Source: Sphingomonadaceae bacterium (GTDB lineage: Bacteria; Pseudomonadota; Alphaproteobacteria; Sphingomonadales; Sphingomonadaceae). Taken from it: DNA of 64,000 bases. Every line of letters starts with the position of its first letter. The first letter of the stretch is position 1. Shown one piece after another: positions 9,910 to 19,425 of the stretch. Location of the stretch: assembly GCA_024236155.1 (NCBI GenBank), contig JACKLA010000001.1, positions 605,298-669,297 on the forward strand, read 5' to 3'. The translations under genes were made by a program, and so were the position numbers. Below the pieces are notes generated by a model. It saw nothing but the letters and a program-made list of their open reading frames with translations. It had not been told where the DNA came from and made no database searches.

Positions 9910-10793
9910 GACTTGGCACCCTTCAGCCACTGCTCGAGCACGTCGCGCGGGCGGAAGCCTTCGATCACTGCCCCGTCGGATCGGACGATCACCGGGGTGC
10001 CGGCAAGACCCTGTTCGCGGGCGAACGCTTCGTTGGCATCGAGCGGCGAGGTATCGCAGGCGCGCGTGTCGGTGATCGGCGCCCCGGCATAGGCGGCTTT
10101 GACTGCCTTGCGGCGGTCGCGGGCACAGAACACCTGGTTGGCCAGATCGCGGCTGCCGAGCACCGAGATTGGCCGCTCGATCACGCGCACGTTCATGCTT
10201 TCGAGCACGCCCGAAAGCGCCCGGCAGTAACCGCAGCGAAAGTCGCTGAACACCGTGACGGTCGGCCCCGAGCTTGCGCCCCAGACGATGCCGCCGGCCT
10301 CGGGCAGTGCGGCCAGCGACATCATCCGGGGGGCACCGCTCGCCTGCGGCGTGGAAACGCCGCGGCGGGGGGTCTCGACTTCCTGGGCTTCCTGTTTGCT
10401 CCCCGCAGCGCCGCCGACGAGGAGATCGGGATTGACCTCGAGCAGGCGCACGGCAGTCAGGTCCTGGCGGGTCTGCATGTCGTAGACGCGCCCGATCAGC
10501 AGGTAGCGCGCGGTCTTGTCGACGTAGAACAGCTGCGATCCTGCCGTGACCTCGCAGACCCCGTCGACCACCTGGCAATTGACGCGGGAGACCTGTGTGC
10601 GGGGCAGGCGCGTCTTGAGCAGTGCGGTCACGGCCTGGTCGGCTTCGCTCGGCACATGGGCTGCGGTCGCGGAATCGCCAGAGCCGGCATTGGCCCAGAC
10701 CAACGATCCGCCGCTGCCGAGCGCGATCGCGGCGAGCGGCATCAGCATCTGCCTGACACTCGGCCTCGCTGGTATGAATGACTTCAGCTTCAT
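9906..10793 (-). CDS. dsbC: DsbC-family disulfide isomerase of the tra region
   Basis: Signal peptide, FYVD..RYLLIG dimerisation domain, CGYC active site, GTP cis-Pro loop. Confidence 0.88.
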   Translation of the reverse strand: MKLKSFIPARPSVRQMLMPLAAIALGSGGSLVWANAGSGDSATAAHVPSEADQAVTALLKTRLPRTQVSRVNCQVVDGVCEVTAGSQLFYVDKTARYLLIGRVYDMQTRQDLTAVRLLEVNPDLLVGGAAGSKQEAQEVETPRRGVSTPQASGAPRMMSLAALPEAGGIVWGASSGPTVTVFSDFRCGYCRALSGVLESMNVRVIERPISVLGSRDLANQVFCARDRRKAVKAAYAGAPITDTRACDTSPLDANEAFAREQGLAGTPVIVRSDGAVIEGFRPRDVLEQWLKGAKS

Positions 10794-10803
10794 CGCACCC
10801 TCC

Positions 10804-12183
10804 TCACCCGTTGATGAACACGCCCTCGAGAAACACGATCTCGACATCGATCCCGGTCGGCATCTCGATCACGGGTTGGTACTGTTCGGCCCGCTCGATC
10901 AGGTACTTGCTGACCATGTCACCCGAGGTGGCGATGCCCTCGCCGAGCCCGCCTTCGAGGATCTCGCCGGCGCCCAATTTCTGGCGCTGGCCATTGACGT
11001 TGACGTTGGTGCCGGTGAGCGTCGAATTGGTGTTGGCCGAGAAGCCGCGCCCGAACCCGCCGGCGAGCCCGGCAAGGAACGCCTGACCGATGAGAGAGCC
11101 CTCACGGCTCACCACCCTGCCCCGCACCCCGGTCTTGCCGCCAAAGGCAATGAACCCTTTGACGTCCGATACCGCGTAGCGTCCGTTCGGCTGCGGGCAG
11201 GTCATCCGCTGCAGCTTCACATAGACCTTCTCGCTCGAGAGATCGCCGCGTGCCGCGCCATTGACGAGGCAACCGGCGATGTTCGTCGTGAGCAGGCGCC
11301 CGTTGTCGTAGACCGAGCGCGCCGGTCCGGTGATGCGCAGCACCACCGGAAGCGGATCGGTCTGGCTCTGGACCCCGGCGGCCGCATCGACGCCGACAAT
11401 GACCTTGGCGACCGCGATCGAGTTGGGCGGCAGGTAATTGGCGCTGTCGGTAAACACCGTATTGCCCTTGGGCACCGGGCTGCCGGTGCCGCTCGCACCT
11501 TCGCCAAACGAGACCAGGCTGACCTCGCTGCCGCGCCCGGGCAGACCCGCTGCGGCAATCGCGGCCTGGCCTGCGGGCGTTGCCGCCGCGCTCTGGTAGC
11601 TTGGCGGACTGGTCCGCCCATAGAGCGCGTTGGGGCCGGCCGGGGTTGCCCCGGGACCAACGACAGGCTGGCCCATGACCGGCGACTGGCGGGCGGCGGC
11701 AAGCGCTGCCTTCAATTGCTCGTTCTCGTTCTGGTAGGCCGAGAGCACCCGCTCGGTGTCGGGCGACATGCCCGCGCTCTGGCCCTGGCTCTGCGCCAGT
11801 TGCGCTTCCAACTGGTCGGCGCGCTGGGCACGGGCAGCGAGCGCGCGCATATTGTTGTCCATCGACATCATCTGCGCCTCGGACTGGGCGCGCCACTCCT
11901 TCTCGGCCATGTTCTTGTTGACCATCTCGTCGACCGAGACGTCTTCGACCTGGTGCTTGACGCTGGCGTCGCTCTTCTTGCCCTCGCCCGCGAAGATCCA
12001 CGACGAACCGGCGATCAGCGCCGCAAGCCCGCCCGTGCCGAGCAGCAGCATCTGCTTCTTCTTGACCGCCTCGTTGGCAACAATCGCATCGCCGAGCGGC
12101 GAAGCCTCGCCGCTGCCCGCACCAGTCGCGGGACCATCGAGCGCCTTGGGGCCTTTGCGGAACGGGTTTTTCCAGTCCATCAC
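10804..12183 (-). CDS. traB: TraB (VirB10-like)
   Basis: N-terminal TM and coiled coil; GVDA, GDLSSEKVYV, GVRGRVVSREG, AEQYQPVIE. Confidence 0.93.
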   Translation of the reverse strand: MMDWKNPFRKGPKALDGPATGAGSGEASPLGDAIVANEAVKKKQMLLLGTGGLAALIAGSSWIFAGEGKKSDASVKHQVEDVSVDEMVNKNMAEKEWRAQSEAQMMSMDNNMRALAARAQRADQLEAQLAQSQGQSAGMSPDTERVLSAYQNENEQLKAALAAARQSPVMGQPVVGPGATPAGPNALYGRTSPPSYQSAAATPAGQAAIAAAGLPGRGSEVSLVSFGEGASGTGSPVPKGNTVFTDSANYLPPNSIAVAKVIVGVDAAAGVQSQTDPLPVVLRITGPARSVYDNGRLLTTNIAGCLVNGAARGDLSSEKVYVKLQRMTCPQPNGRYAVSDVKGFIAFGGKTGVRGRVVSREGSLIGQAFLAGLAGGFGRGFSANTNSTLTGTNVNVNGQRQKLGAGEILEGGLGEGIATSGDMVSKYLIERAEQYQPVIEMPTGIDVEIVFLEGVFING

Positions 12184-12977
12184 TGGGCTCCATTCGATTG
12201 GATGAGGTAGACGGCCGCCGCCTGGCCGGGGGCGAGCTGGCTGACCGGGGTCATGAAGGCGACGCTGGTGCGGCCCGCGAGCAGGTTTTCATCGAGCGGC
12301 AGCGCCTCACGCCCGGTGTTGCGCACCCGGAGGATCAGACCTTTAAGCTCAGCGCCGCGGTATTCGCCGACCTGCTGGACCTCGAGCTTGCCGACCGCGA
12401 CCGGCTCGAGCACGCTTTGGCGGATTTCGAAGCCATCGATCGCCTCGCTGCGGTACATCGCCTGTGCGAGCCGCACGGCGGTGTCTTCGGGCGAGGACTG
12501 CACTTCCCAGTCGCGCGCCCGCTCGGCCAGAACCGCGGTATTGGTGACGAAGACCTGCTCGGCATCGTTTCCCCGCACCTGGCACAGGAACTTGTAGACG
12601 AAGCCTTTGCGGGTCGTGCCGAAGAACGAGAGGTTGGGCTTGGTGAAGCCGTCAGGGACCGAGATGTAGATGTCGCCGCGCACAGGCTCGTTGACGATCT
12701 TGAAGTCTTCGGCCGGGTTGCCGGTGCTGATCTTCGAGACCGAGGCGAATTGGTCGCCGGCGAGGCTAATCCGGGTCAGGTCCTTGGCCGAGGCGACACA
12801 GGCCACCGTGCCGTTGTCGGCGACGGGAATGCTCTGGTCGGCGAGCGCGGGACTCGCGAGCGACAGTGCGCCAAGGCAGATGAGCGCCGCACCAAGCGGC
12901 CGCCCGATCATCGCGTGAGGCCGTCCAGCCAAGACTGCACCAGCGCCGATGGCGCCCCAGGCAAGTTCTGCCATCAT
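12180..12977 (-). CDS. traK: TraK secretin-like protein
   Basis: Signal peptide, LTRISL, GDIYI, LAPGQAAAVYLI; between traE and traB. Confidence 0.88.
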   Translation of the reverse strand: MMAELAWGAIGAGAVLAGRPHAMIGRPLGAALICLGALSLASPALADQSIPVADNGTVACVASAKDLTRISLAGDQFASVSKISTGNPAEDFKIVNEPVRGDIYISVPDGFTKPNLSFFGTTRKGFVYKFLCQVRGNDAEQVFVTNTAVLAERARDWEVQSSPEDTAVRLAQAMYRSEAIDGFEIRQSVLEPVAVGKLEVQQVGEYRGAELKGLILRVRNTGREALPLDENLLAGRTSVAFMTPVSQLAPGQAAAVYLIQSNGAQ

Positions 12978-13588
12978 GCATCTCCCCCATTGTCGCTGGT
13001 CTTGGACGAAGTGCCCTCGCCGGCACCGCTGCCCTTGCCGTCCTTGGTGACGCGGCCGAACCCGGCGAGTTTCAGGCTCACACCCGAGTAGCTCCACACG
13101 TAGCGGAAGGTCCGCGCCTCGGAGGTCACTTCCTTCGAGCCGACGACCGTGTGCAGCACGCCGTTCACTTCGCTGGTCAGCGCCTCGGGATCGACGCTCA
13201 GCTGCTCGATGGTGAAATACTGCGAGACGTTCGAGCCGTTCTGCTCGTTGAAGATCTTCATCAGCTCGGCCTTCATCCGACCGTGGGTCCTGGGATCTGT
13301 GATCGCGAGGATCGAATCCATCCAGTACTGCAGGTTCGACGGCGAGCGGTTGAGCGTCAGCAGCGCTGCATCGCGCGTGACCAGCTCGAGGTAGTCCTTA
13401 TCGACGTGGTTCGATGACAAGGTGAGCGGTTTTGCCAGTACCGGCTGCAGCACCACCTCGCGGTCGCGGTGCGCCGCGGTCAGCGTCAACACGATGCTCA
13501 GGGCAAACAGCCCGGTCGCGGTGATCGCCAGCATGTTGCGCTGCTTCAGGAGACGCTGCGCCTGGCCGTGCGAAATCGAGAGGTCCAT
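12974..13588 (-). CDS. traE: TraE
   Basis: N-terminal TM, VVLQP, YLELVTRD..LNRSP; position in traLEKB. Confidence 0.9.
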   Translation of the reverse strand: MDLSISHGQAQRLLKQRNMLAITATGLFALSIVLTLTAAHRDREVVLQPVLAKPLTLSSNHVDKDYLELVTRDAALLTLNRSPSNLQYWMDSILAITDPRTHGRMKAELMKIFNEQNGSNVSQYFTIEQLSVDPEALTSEVNGVLHTVVGSKEVTSEARTFRYVWSYSGVSLKLAGFGRVTKDGKGSGAGEGTSSKTSDNGGDA

Positions 13589-13589
13589 A

Positions 13590-13886
13590 TCAGCCCGCCA
13601 TCAGTCGAAGATGCGAGGGCGGTGTCGCTTTCAGCCCCATGAAGGCACCCGGCAGGTACCAGTAGGCCGAATGAATGATCCACGAGACGGCTCGTCCCGC
13701 CTTCAACTTGCGCAATCCCCACCAGGCCAGCACGCTTGAAATGAGACCGATGAAAATATGTTGAGACAGGATGCCCCACGCGAACGGAATGATCATCGCG
13801 AGGAACTCATCGAGTGTCCAAAACCCGATCAGCTCCGGATCATCGAGATGCGCGGGAACCGTGTAGCGATTCATGAACGACACCAC
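13590..13886 (-). CDS. traL: TraL
   Basis: VPAHLDDPELIGFWTLDE..KLKAG..YWYLP..TPPS. Start may be 13874. Confidence 0.92.
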   Translation of the reverse strand: MVSFMNRYTVPAHLDDPELIGFWTLDEFLAMIIPFAWGILSQHIFIGLISSVLAWWGLRKLKAGRAVSWIIHSAYWYLPGAFMGLKATPPSHLRLMAG

Positions 13887-13938
13887 CCTCTTGCCCGCCC
13901 GCCGCAGCCCGAGGCCGCGAGGGGACGAACCGGTTGGA

Positions 13939-14259
13939 TCAGATCGTCGCGGTGACCGCGGCGGTGACGATCGGCACGCCGGTGCCGGCTCCGACGCCGA
14001 CCCCGACGGGAATGGCGACCTGGCCGAGGCTGAACCGGCCCGAGGCGAGACCGACGATGCCGCCCGCCAGGCTCAGCACGGTGATGATCTTGCCGCCCGA
14101 GCCCTCAAGGAAGCCGGTGAACGAGGTCAGCGCCGTGTTGAAGGTCGTGTCGGCGCCGGCCATCGCCACTTCGCTGCCGAAGAGGCCCGCAACTGCGACC
14201 ACCGCCGCTGCCTGGATAAGCGAGCCGCCCTTTCCTTTCATCGTGAGTTTCATTTCCAT
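13939..14259 (-). CDS. traA: Conjugative pilin (TraA-like)
   Basis: 106 aa; leader ending AMA, two hydrophobic Gly-rich helices; first gene of the operon. Confidence 0.8.
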   Translation of the reverse strand: MEMKLTMKGKGGSLIQAAAVVAVAGLFGSEVAMAGADTTFNTALTSFTGFLEGSGGKIITVLSLAGGIVGLASGRFSLGQVAIPVGVGVGAGTGVPIVTAAVTATI

Positions 14260-14427
14260 GTCCTTTTTCCAAAAGCCGCGATCATCACGGCCTTCAGAAA
14301 GAACAGAGGGGCGGCGGCCGGAGCAATTAAAGGTCCGTTATGGCCCGCAAACGAATCGGATGATTTCCTGAATTCGGTCTTGAAGGCGCCTCATGTTTCC
14401 GAATTGGGGAACCAGAATTGCCATGAG

Positions 14428-14490
14428 CGGAAACGCAGTTTCCGTTTTCGGCAACCGCGTTTGCGCAAAACGGGAATTGTGATTGCCGAA
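14428..14490. promoter_or_regulatory. Clustered inverted repeats in the divergent tra promoter region
   Basis: CGGAAAC-gca-GTTTCCG (14428-14444); TTCGGCAA/TTGCCGAA (14447-14454, 14483-14490) enclosing the palindrome TTTGCGCAAA (14460-14469). Confidence 0.45.
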
Positions 14491-14592
14491 CAAGGAATTG
14501 GCGCCGGCGACTCGCTTGAGGCGGTCCGGATTCGCCAAATTTACAATTTGGAGCCATTGTGTGGGCCGACACACGCACCGGAATATCCACCC

Positions 14593-14952
14593 ATGGCCGC
14601 AGGAACGCGCAACGTCCGCATATTCTTGAGCGAGCAGTGCTTTGACCTGCTGGTCGATGCGATGGCGGCATATTCCAAGGAATCCCGCCGATTTCAGACG
14701 ATGCGGATGACTGTCCAGGCAGCGTGCTCTCGCCTAAAATCCCACGGGATATCGAGGCAGGAGCTCGAAGACTTTCTCGCGGAGTACGCGATCGGCGGGG
14801 ACATTCGCATATTTCTCGAGGTCGGCCCGGAGTGGTCCGGAGATTACAATGCAGTCCGCGCCAAGGTGAAAGAAATCAGCGCAAAGCCTGGATTGGACAA
14901 GATCCTCGTGCCGTTCGCCGTATACCTCGCCGTTAAACACAACCTGCTCTAG
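14593..14952 (+). CDS. Hypothetical protein, possible ribbon-helix-helix regulator
   Basis: MAAGTRNVRIFLSEQCFDLLVDAM shows a beta-then-helix pattern, with a similar RIFLEV..YNAVR later; divergent from traA. Confidence 0.55.
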   Translation: MAAGTRNVRIFLSEQCFDLLVDAMAAYSKESRRFQTMRMTVQAACSRLKSHGISRQELEDFLAEYAIGGDIRIFLEVGPEWSGDYNAVRAKVKEISAKPGLDKILVPFAVYLAVKHNLL

Positions 14953-15041
14953 GTATTTTGCACGCGGTAAGTTACGCGCTTCTTAAGACTCTTGACAGGT
15001 TATGCCATCCCATAGACCTTTTGCCTTGGGAGGGATGGATA

Positions 15042-15563
15042 ATGCCTCACAAGAACTTGACGCCCGAGACGGTCTTCAAGCCGAGCAGTCCACCGGGCAG
15101 TGAACCGGTCTTTGCCTTTGCCAATTCTGAGCCTCTGGATTGCGAGCAGGACCAATACAAGCAGCTGATCAAAGCTGAACTCGTGCGCCAGCGGCTACCA
15201 CCGGCGCACCTCGCCGATCGCATGCAGATTCCGCGCCCCAAGCTTCACAAGATCCTGAAGCAGAACACGCCCCTCTCCGATACCATGCGCGACCGGATCT
15301 TCGTCGAGCTCGGGATCGACGAAGTCCGAGCCAGGTTCAGCGTGGCACTGCTCCGCGACTACAGGGCCTACAGCGAGAAGTCGGCCTTTGTCGCGGTCGA
15401 GAGCCTCAAGAGCTTCTATCTCGAACTCAAGACCTGCCGCCGGGGCTCGATCGACGTGGACCTTCGCCCGGCGATCATCCACGAGGCCGCCCGGCGCGCA
15501 TATGACCTCCTGATTTCGCATCAGGAACGGGTGATCCAGAATGACCAGACCCTTCAGGCCTGA
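15042..15563 (+). CDS. Hypothetical protein with XRE-like HTH
   Basis: GGAGG RBS; LIKAELVRQRLPPAHLADRMQIPRPKLHKIL resembles an HTH. Confidence 0.6.
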   Translation: MPHKNLTPETVFKPSSPPGSEPVFAFANSEPLDCEQDQYKQLIKAELVRQRLPPAHLADRMQIPRPKLHKILKQNTPLSDTMRDRIFVELGIDEVRARFSVALLRDYRAYSEKSAFVAVESLKSFYLELKTCRRGSIDVDLRPAIIHEAARRAYDLLISHQERVIQNDQTLQA

Positions 15564-15583
15564 GCCGGTATTCGTGACCTGAC

Positions 15584-15859
15584 ATGCGGCCCGAGACAAT
15601 CGCTGCCTGGACCCAGCTCTATGCCGCAGTCGGACTGCTTGCGGCGATCTGCTCGATCTGCGCGCTTCTCAAGACCATCCATGACATCCGAACCGGGGTC
15701 ATTTCCCCGCCCGCCGGCGCCAGTCTGCTTAAACTGCTGTGGTTTCCGAAGGTGTGGCTGCACTTCCAGCTAAGCTATTTTTGCGGCTTTCCGAGCATTC
15801 TGGCGATCGCGATCCTCTATGCCCACTATATCGGGTTCGCGGAGTTCATTCCGTCGTAG
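15584..15859 (+). CDS. Small membrane protein
   Basis: 91 aa with two hydrophobic segments. Confidence 0.5.
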   Translation: MRPETIAAWTQLYAAVGLLAAICSICALLKTIHDIRTGVISPPAGASLLKLLWFPKVWLHFQLSYFCGFPSILAIAILYAHYIGFAEFIPS

Positions 15860-16644
15860 ACGGTCAGGCTGACCTCCCGGTAGCCGGAGGCGCGGACGGC
15901 AATGCGTGCCGCGGCAGCGCGCACCACCACATCGGAATTTGGCGAGCTTAGTGCAGCAAGGCGAGCCCAGTTCGTGGTGATCGTCCTCACGTAATTGATC
16001 GTTTCCGGGATCGCTGGAACATAACCCTGCGCAAGCGAACGTCGCTCAGGGCCAGCATTGTATGCGGCGAGCGCCAGATCGACGCGTCCGAAACGATCCA
16101 GTTGTTGTCGCAAATAGCGGGCGCCGGCACGCATGTTGGCGGCGCTGTCCCAGGGATTGGCAAGGCCCAAAGACTTAGCCGTGCCAGGCATGATCTGCAT
16201 CATCCCCATGGCCCCTGCTGGGCTCACCGCCCAGCCTTTGTAGCCGGATTCCTGGGAAATAACGGCGTCGAGAAGATTCATGGGAATCCCGAACTCGCAG
16301 GCTGTCAATGCCATGGTTTCAAAGTGGGCGGCACGGCGTATCTCAACTTCAGGTTTCAACCACCAGGTGGGGGAATAACCGGTCCCAGAGCATGAAGAAC
16401 GCAAGCGGGGTCCGGCAGATAGTTCGACGAGTTCCTGTGAATCCTGAGGATCAATTCCACCGATGCCTTGCCCTAAGGTCTCAAGATGATGCCGCAAAGC
16501 GTCGGCAATAGGAAAGGTCGATCCATCCCAGGAATGGTCATTGAGCCTAAGATCGTTGAAGTCTGTCAAGGTGGCTTCGCGAGCTTGAACCGCCGGCACA
16601 CAAAGCAGCGTGAGCAGTGCTGCAAATCGAAACTTGGTAGACAT
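15826..16644 (-). CDS. Lytic transglycosylase (SLT domain)
   Basis: AVISQES, SPAGAMGMMQIMPGTA, ALAAYNAGP, ETINYV; signal peptide from MSTKFRF. Confidence 0.92.
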   Translation of the reverse strand: MSTKFRFAALLTLLCVPAVQAREATLTDFNDLRLNDHSWDGSTFPIADALRHHLETLGQGIGGIDPQDSQELVELSAGPRLRSSCSGTGYSPTWWLKPEVEIRRAAHFETMALTACEFGIPMNLLDAVISQESGYKGWAVSPAGAMGMMQIMPGTAKSLGLANPWDSAANMRAGARYLRQQLDRFGRVDLALAAYNAGPERRSLAQGYVPAIPETINYVRTITTNWARLAALSSPNSDVVVRAAAARIAVRASGYREVSLTVYDGMNSANPI

Positions 16645-16874
16645 CACAATACACCCTGAACCTGGCGTACTGTTCCGATGGGTTTGCGCAAAGCCAATCA
16701 AACAAAGCTGCAAGTCGGTGTCAAGCAGCACGGCAATGTGCTTGCCAAAGCGTTCCGACGGGAACGCAGCGTGTGGTTGCCAAGTCTGCGTAGGTCCACG
16801 ATCCGACATTGACGCGACAGCTGGAACTCACCCTGAGTTGCCCAGTCCCGCTGATTCAGCACGGGACCGTTTTG

Positions 16875-17150
16875 GTTGATGCCATCTACACCAATCGTTA
16901 GGGCCGGTTCACGGACCGCACCCTTGAAAACCAGCAATTCCGCGCATCCGGCCCCAAGCTGCTTATCGCCGCAATTGTATATTGGAACACGCGCTACCGC
17001 GACCGAGTCTCCAATCACCTTCGATACTCGGGGGTGGAGATCAATGAAGCACTTCTGGCGCATGTCTCTCCCCTAGGCTGGTCGCATATAGGGCTGACCG
17101 GCGACTACCTGTGGGTAGATGCGTCGGCCTACGGCGACGGTGGCTACCTA
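16875..17150 (+). pseudogene. Tn3-family transposase C-terminal remnant
   Basis: Hand translation NR*GRFTDRTLENQQFRASGPKLLIAAIVYWNTRY, then after a frameshift LLAHVSPLGWSHIGLTGDYLW, matching the Tn3 TnpA C-terminus. Confidence 0.85.
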
Positions 17151-17461
17151 GCACTTCGTTACCCGAGTGGCCGGCTCAATCTCGTTTGCATAGAATGTTC
17201 TTGATATGTCGAGTTTAGCGTTGCGATGTGATTTCCAGACTGTTGGCTTTGCCAAATCGAGTGCAGTCGCGTGTCCGGCCTGTCGGTGCAGCCCATTCAC
17301 GGCTGCGGGCTTGAAGGATTCCACCAACACCAGCATCACCATCGTCTAGGCGAACTCGAAGTACTCAACGCTAAGCAGTATTGCCGTACCCGGTGGATCG
17401 ATTGGCTTGCCTTCAATCTCTCCTCACACCTCAACTTCGTCCATCAATCTCCTGCCTCCAG

Positions 17462-17995
17462 TGCCCTGCTGCCGGTTTGACGGACACCGAGAAAAGGTGT
17501 TTTATCGAACTGGAGGAACAGCATGCAACGAAGGAAGCATAGCCGCGAGTTCAAGCTTGAGGCGGAGCGCGACATTCTAAAAAGCCGCGGCCCATTTTGC
17601 GAAGGAGCCCTTGTGAGGTTCGCCTTCATCGCAAAGCACTGGGAGATATGGCCGGTATCGTGGCTGTGGGGGGCGCTCGGTGTCTCGCGAAGCGGCTTCC
17701 ACGCCGGGGCGGTCTTCCCAAGGATCAGGGTGAACGCTCGATCATCGCCGGCAATGTGCTAGATCGCCAGTTCATGGCGGATGCTCCCAACCGCAAGTGG
17801 GTGGCCGACTTCACCTATATCTGGACGGCGGAAGGCTGGCTCTACGTTGCCGCCGTGATCGACCTGTTCTCGCGCCGTGTCGTCGGTTGGTCGATGCAGG
17901 CGGAGATGACGGCGCAGCTCGTCACCGATGCGCTGATCATGGCGATCTGGCGGCGCGGCAAGCCCGATGCCCTGCTGCACCACTCGGATCAGGGC
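17462..17995 (+). mobile_element. Internally deleted, truncated IS3-family remnant
   Basis: End TG..GGTTTGACGGACACC; orfA start MQRRKHSREFKLEA joined to its own end; orfB piece PNRKWVADFTYIWT..DLFSRRVVGW..LHHSDQG cut by the next IS. Confidence 0.85.
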
Positions 17996-19293
17996 TGAGG
18001 TGGTTCCGCCTTCTTGGACAGTTTGGCGGCTGAGTTAAGCTAATCCCGGTTGTTGTTCATGCCGCCATTCTGGTCATCAGATCATGGGGGGCATGCCCCC
18101 CATGATCTGATTGCCCGATCCGCCTATAGGCCTCTGCCGGGGTTCTCCCGGCCAGGCCTGAGTGCGGACGCTGGGTGTTGTAATAGGCGATCCACCGGCC
18201 AAGGCCAGCCCGCAGCTCCGAGCCGGTCTCGAAGGCATGGAGATAGACGCACTCGTACTTCAAGGATCGCCAGAGGCGCTCGATGAAGACGTTGTCCATC
18301 CATCGACCCCGGCCGTCCATGCTGATGCGGACCTCTGCATCGCGCAGCACGCTGGTGAAGGCGAAGCTGGTGAACTGGCTGCCCTGATCGGTGTTGAAGA
18401 TCTCCGGCTTGCCGAAGCGGGCCAGCGCCTCCTCCAGCGCCACGACGCAGAAGCCGCCATCCATCGTGTTCGACAGCCGCCAAGCGAGCACCTTGCGGGT
18501 CGCCCAGTCCATGATCGCCACCAGATAGAGGAAGCCGCGCCGCATGGGGATGTATGTCACATCGGCACACCAGACGTGATTGGGTCGCTCGACCGTCAGC
18601 TTGCGCAGCAGATACGGGTAGACCCGGTGCTGCGGGTGCGGATCGCTCGTACGCGGCCGCTGGTAGATCGGCGTGAGGCCCATCTTCGCCATGAGCCGCC
18701 GCGCCCGACGGCGACCAACCTCATGGCCTGCACGACGCAGGTGCCGCGCCATCTGGCGGCTGCCATACCACGGGCAGTCCAGGAAGGTCGCGTCGATCAC
18801 CGCCATCAGTGCCAGCGTCTCGTCCGTTTCCGGCACCGGGGCGTAGTAATAGGACGAACGGCTGATCCGCAGCAGGCGGCACTGCCCCGCGATCGACAGG
18901 CGGTGGTGAGCAGGTTCGACCATCGCCCGCCTCCGGTCCACGCTCATCGACCGAAGGCTTTCGCTAAAAAATCCCGCTCCACGACCAACTGCCCGATCTT
19001 GGCATGCAGCTTTTCCACCTCGCTCTCGCTGGCGGCTCTGACCGCATCGCCAGCTCCGGAGAACGTGCCTGCCATCCCGTCGATGGCCTGCCGCTTCCAG
19101 GACGCGATCATCGTGTGGTGAACGCCATGCTTGGCTGCCAGCTCCGCCAGCGTCAGGTCGCCACGGATCGCCTCCAGTGCCACCTTGGCTTTGAAATCCG
19201 CGCTGTAGCGCTTCCTCGTCGTCTTCATTCCCGTACCAATCCATCAGGTCGGGATTAGCTTAGCATCCTGTCCGAAAATTCGGCACCACCTCA
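17996..19293 (-). mobile_element. Intact IS3-family insertion sequence (1298 bp)
   Basis: Terminal IRs TGAGGTGGTTCCGCCTTCTTGGACAG and TGAGGTGGTGCCGAATTTTCGGACAG (reverse complement of the right end); flanks GGC and AAG differ, so no target duplication. Confidence 0.93.
18057..19228 (-). CDS. IS3 transposase OrfAB (OrfA 18944-19228, -1 frameshift into OrfB)
   Basis: OrfA HTH (RKRYSADFKAKVAL); TTTTTTA slippery heptamer; DDE in WCADVTY, NTDQGSQF, IERLWRSLKYE. Confidence 0.92.
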
Positions 19294-19425
19294 AAGGTGA
19301 CGGACCGCCCAAGGGGGAAGGCACGAAAATGCCGTCCAATACCTGACTCTTCGGCGCGTTAAGTGCTTTCCGCATAAGCAAAAATGCCTCGAACAGCGAT
19401 GCTGTCCGGAGTCGTCTCAGCGGAC

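Noticed and set aside
13873-14592. N-terminal two-thirds of the 359-aa plus ORF
   Set aside because: Antisense to the pilin and spans the promoter; only the part from ATG 14593 looks coding.
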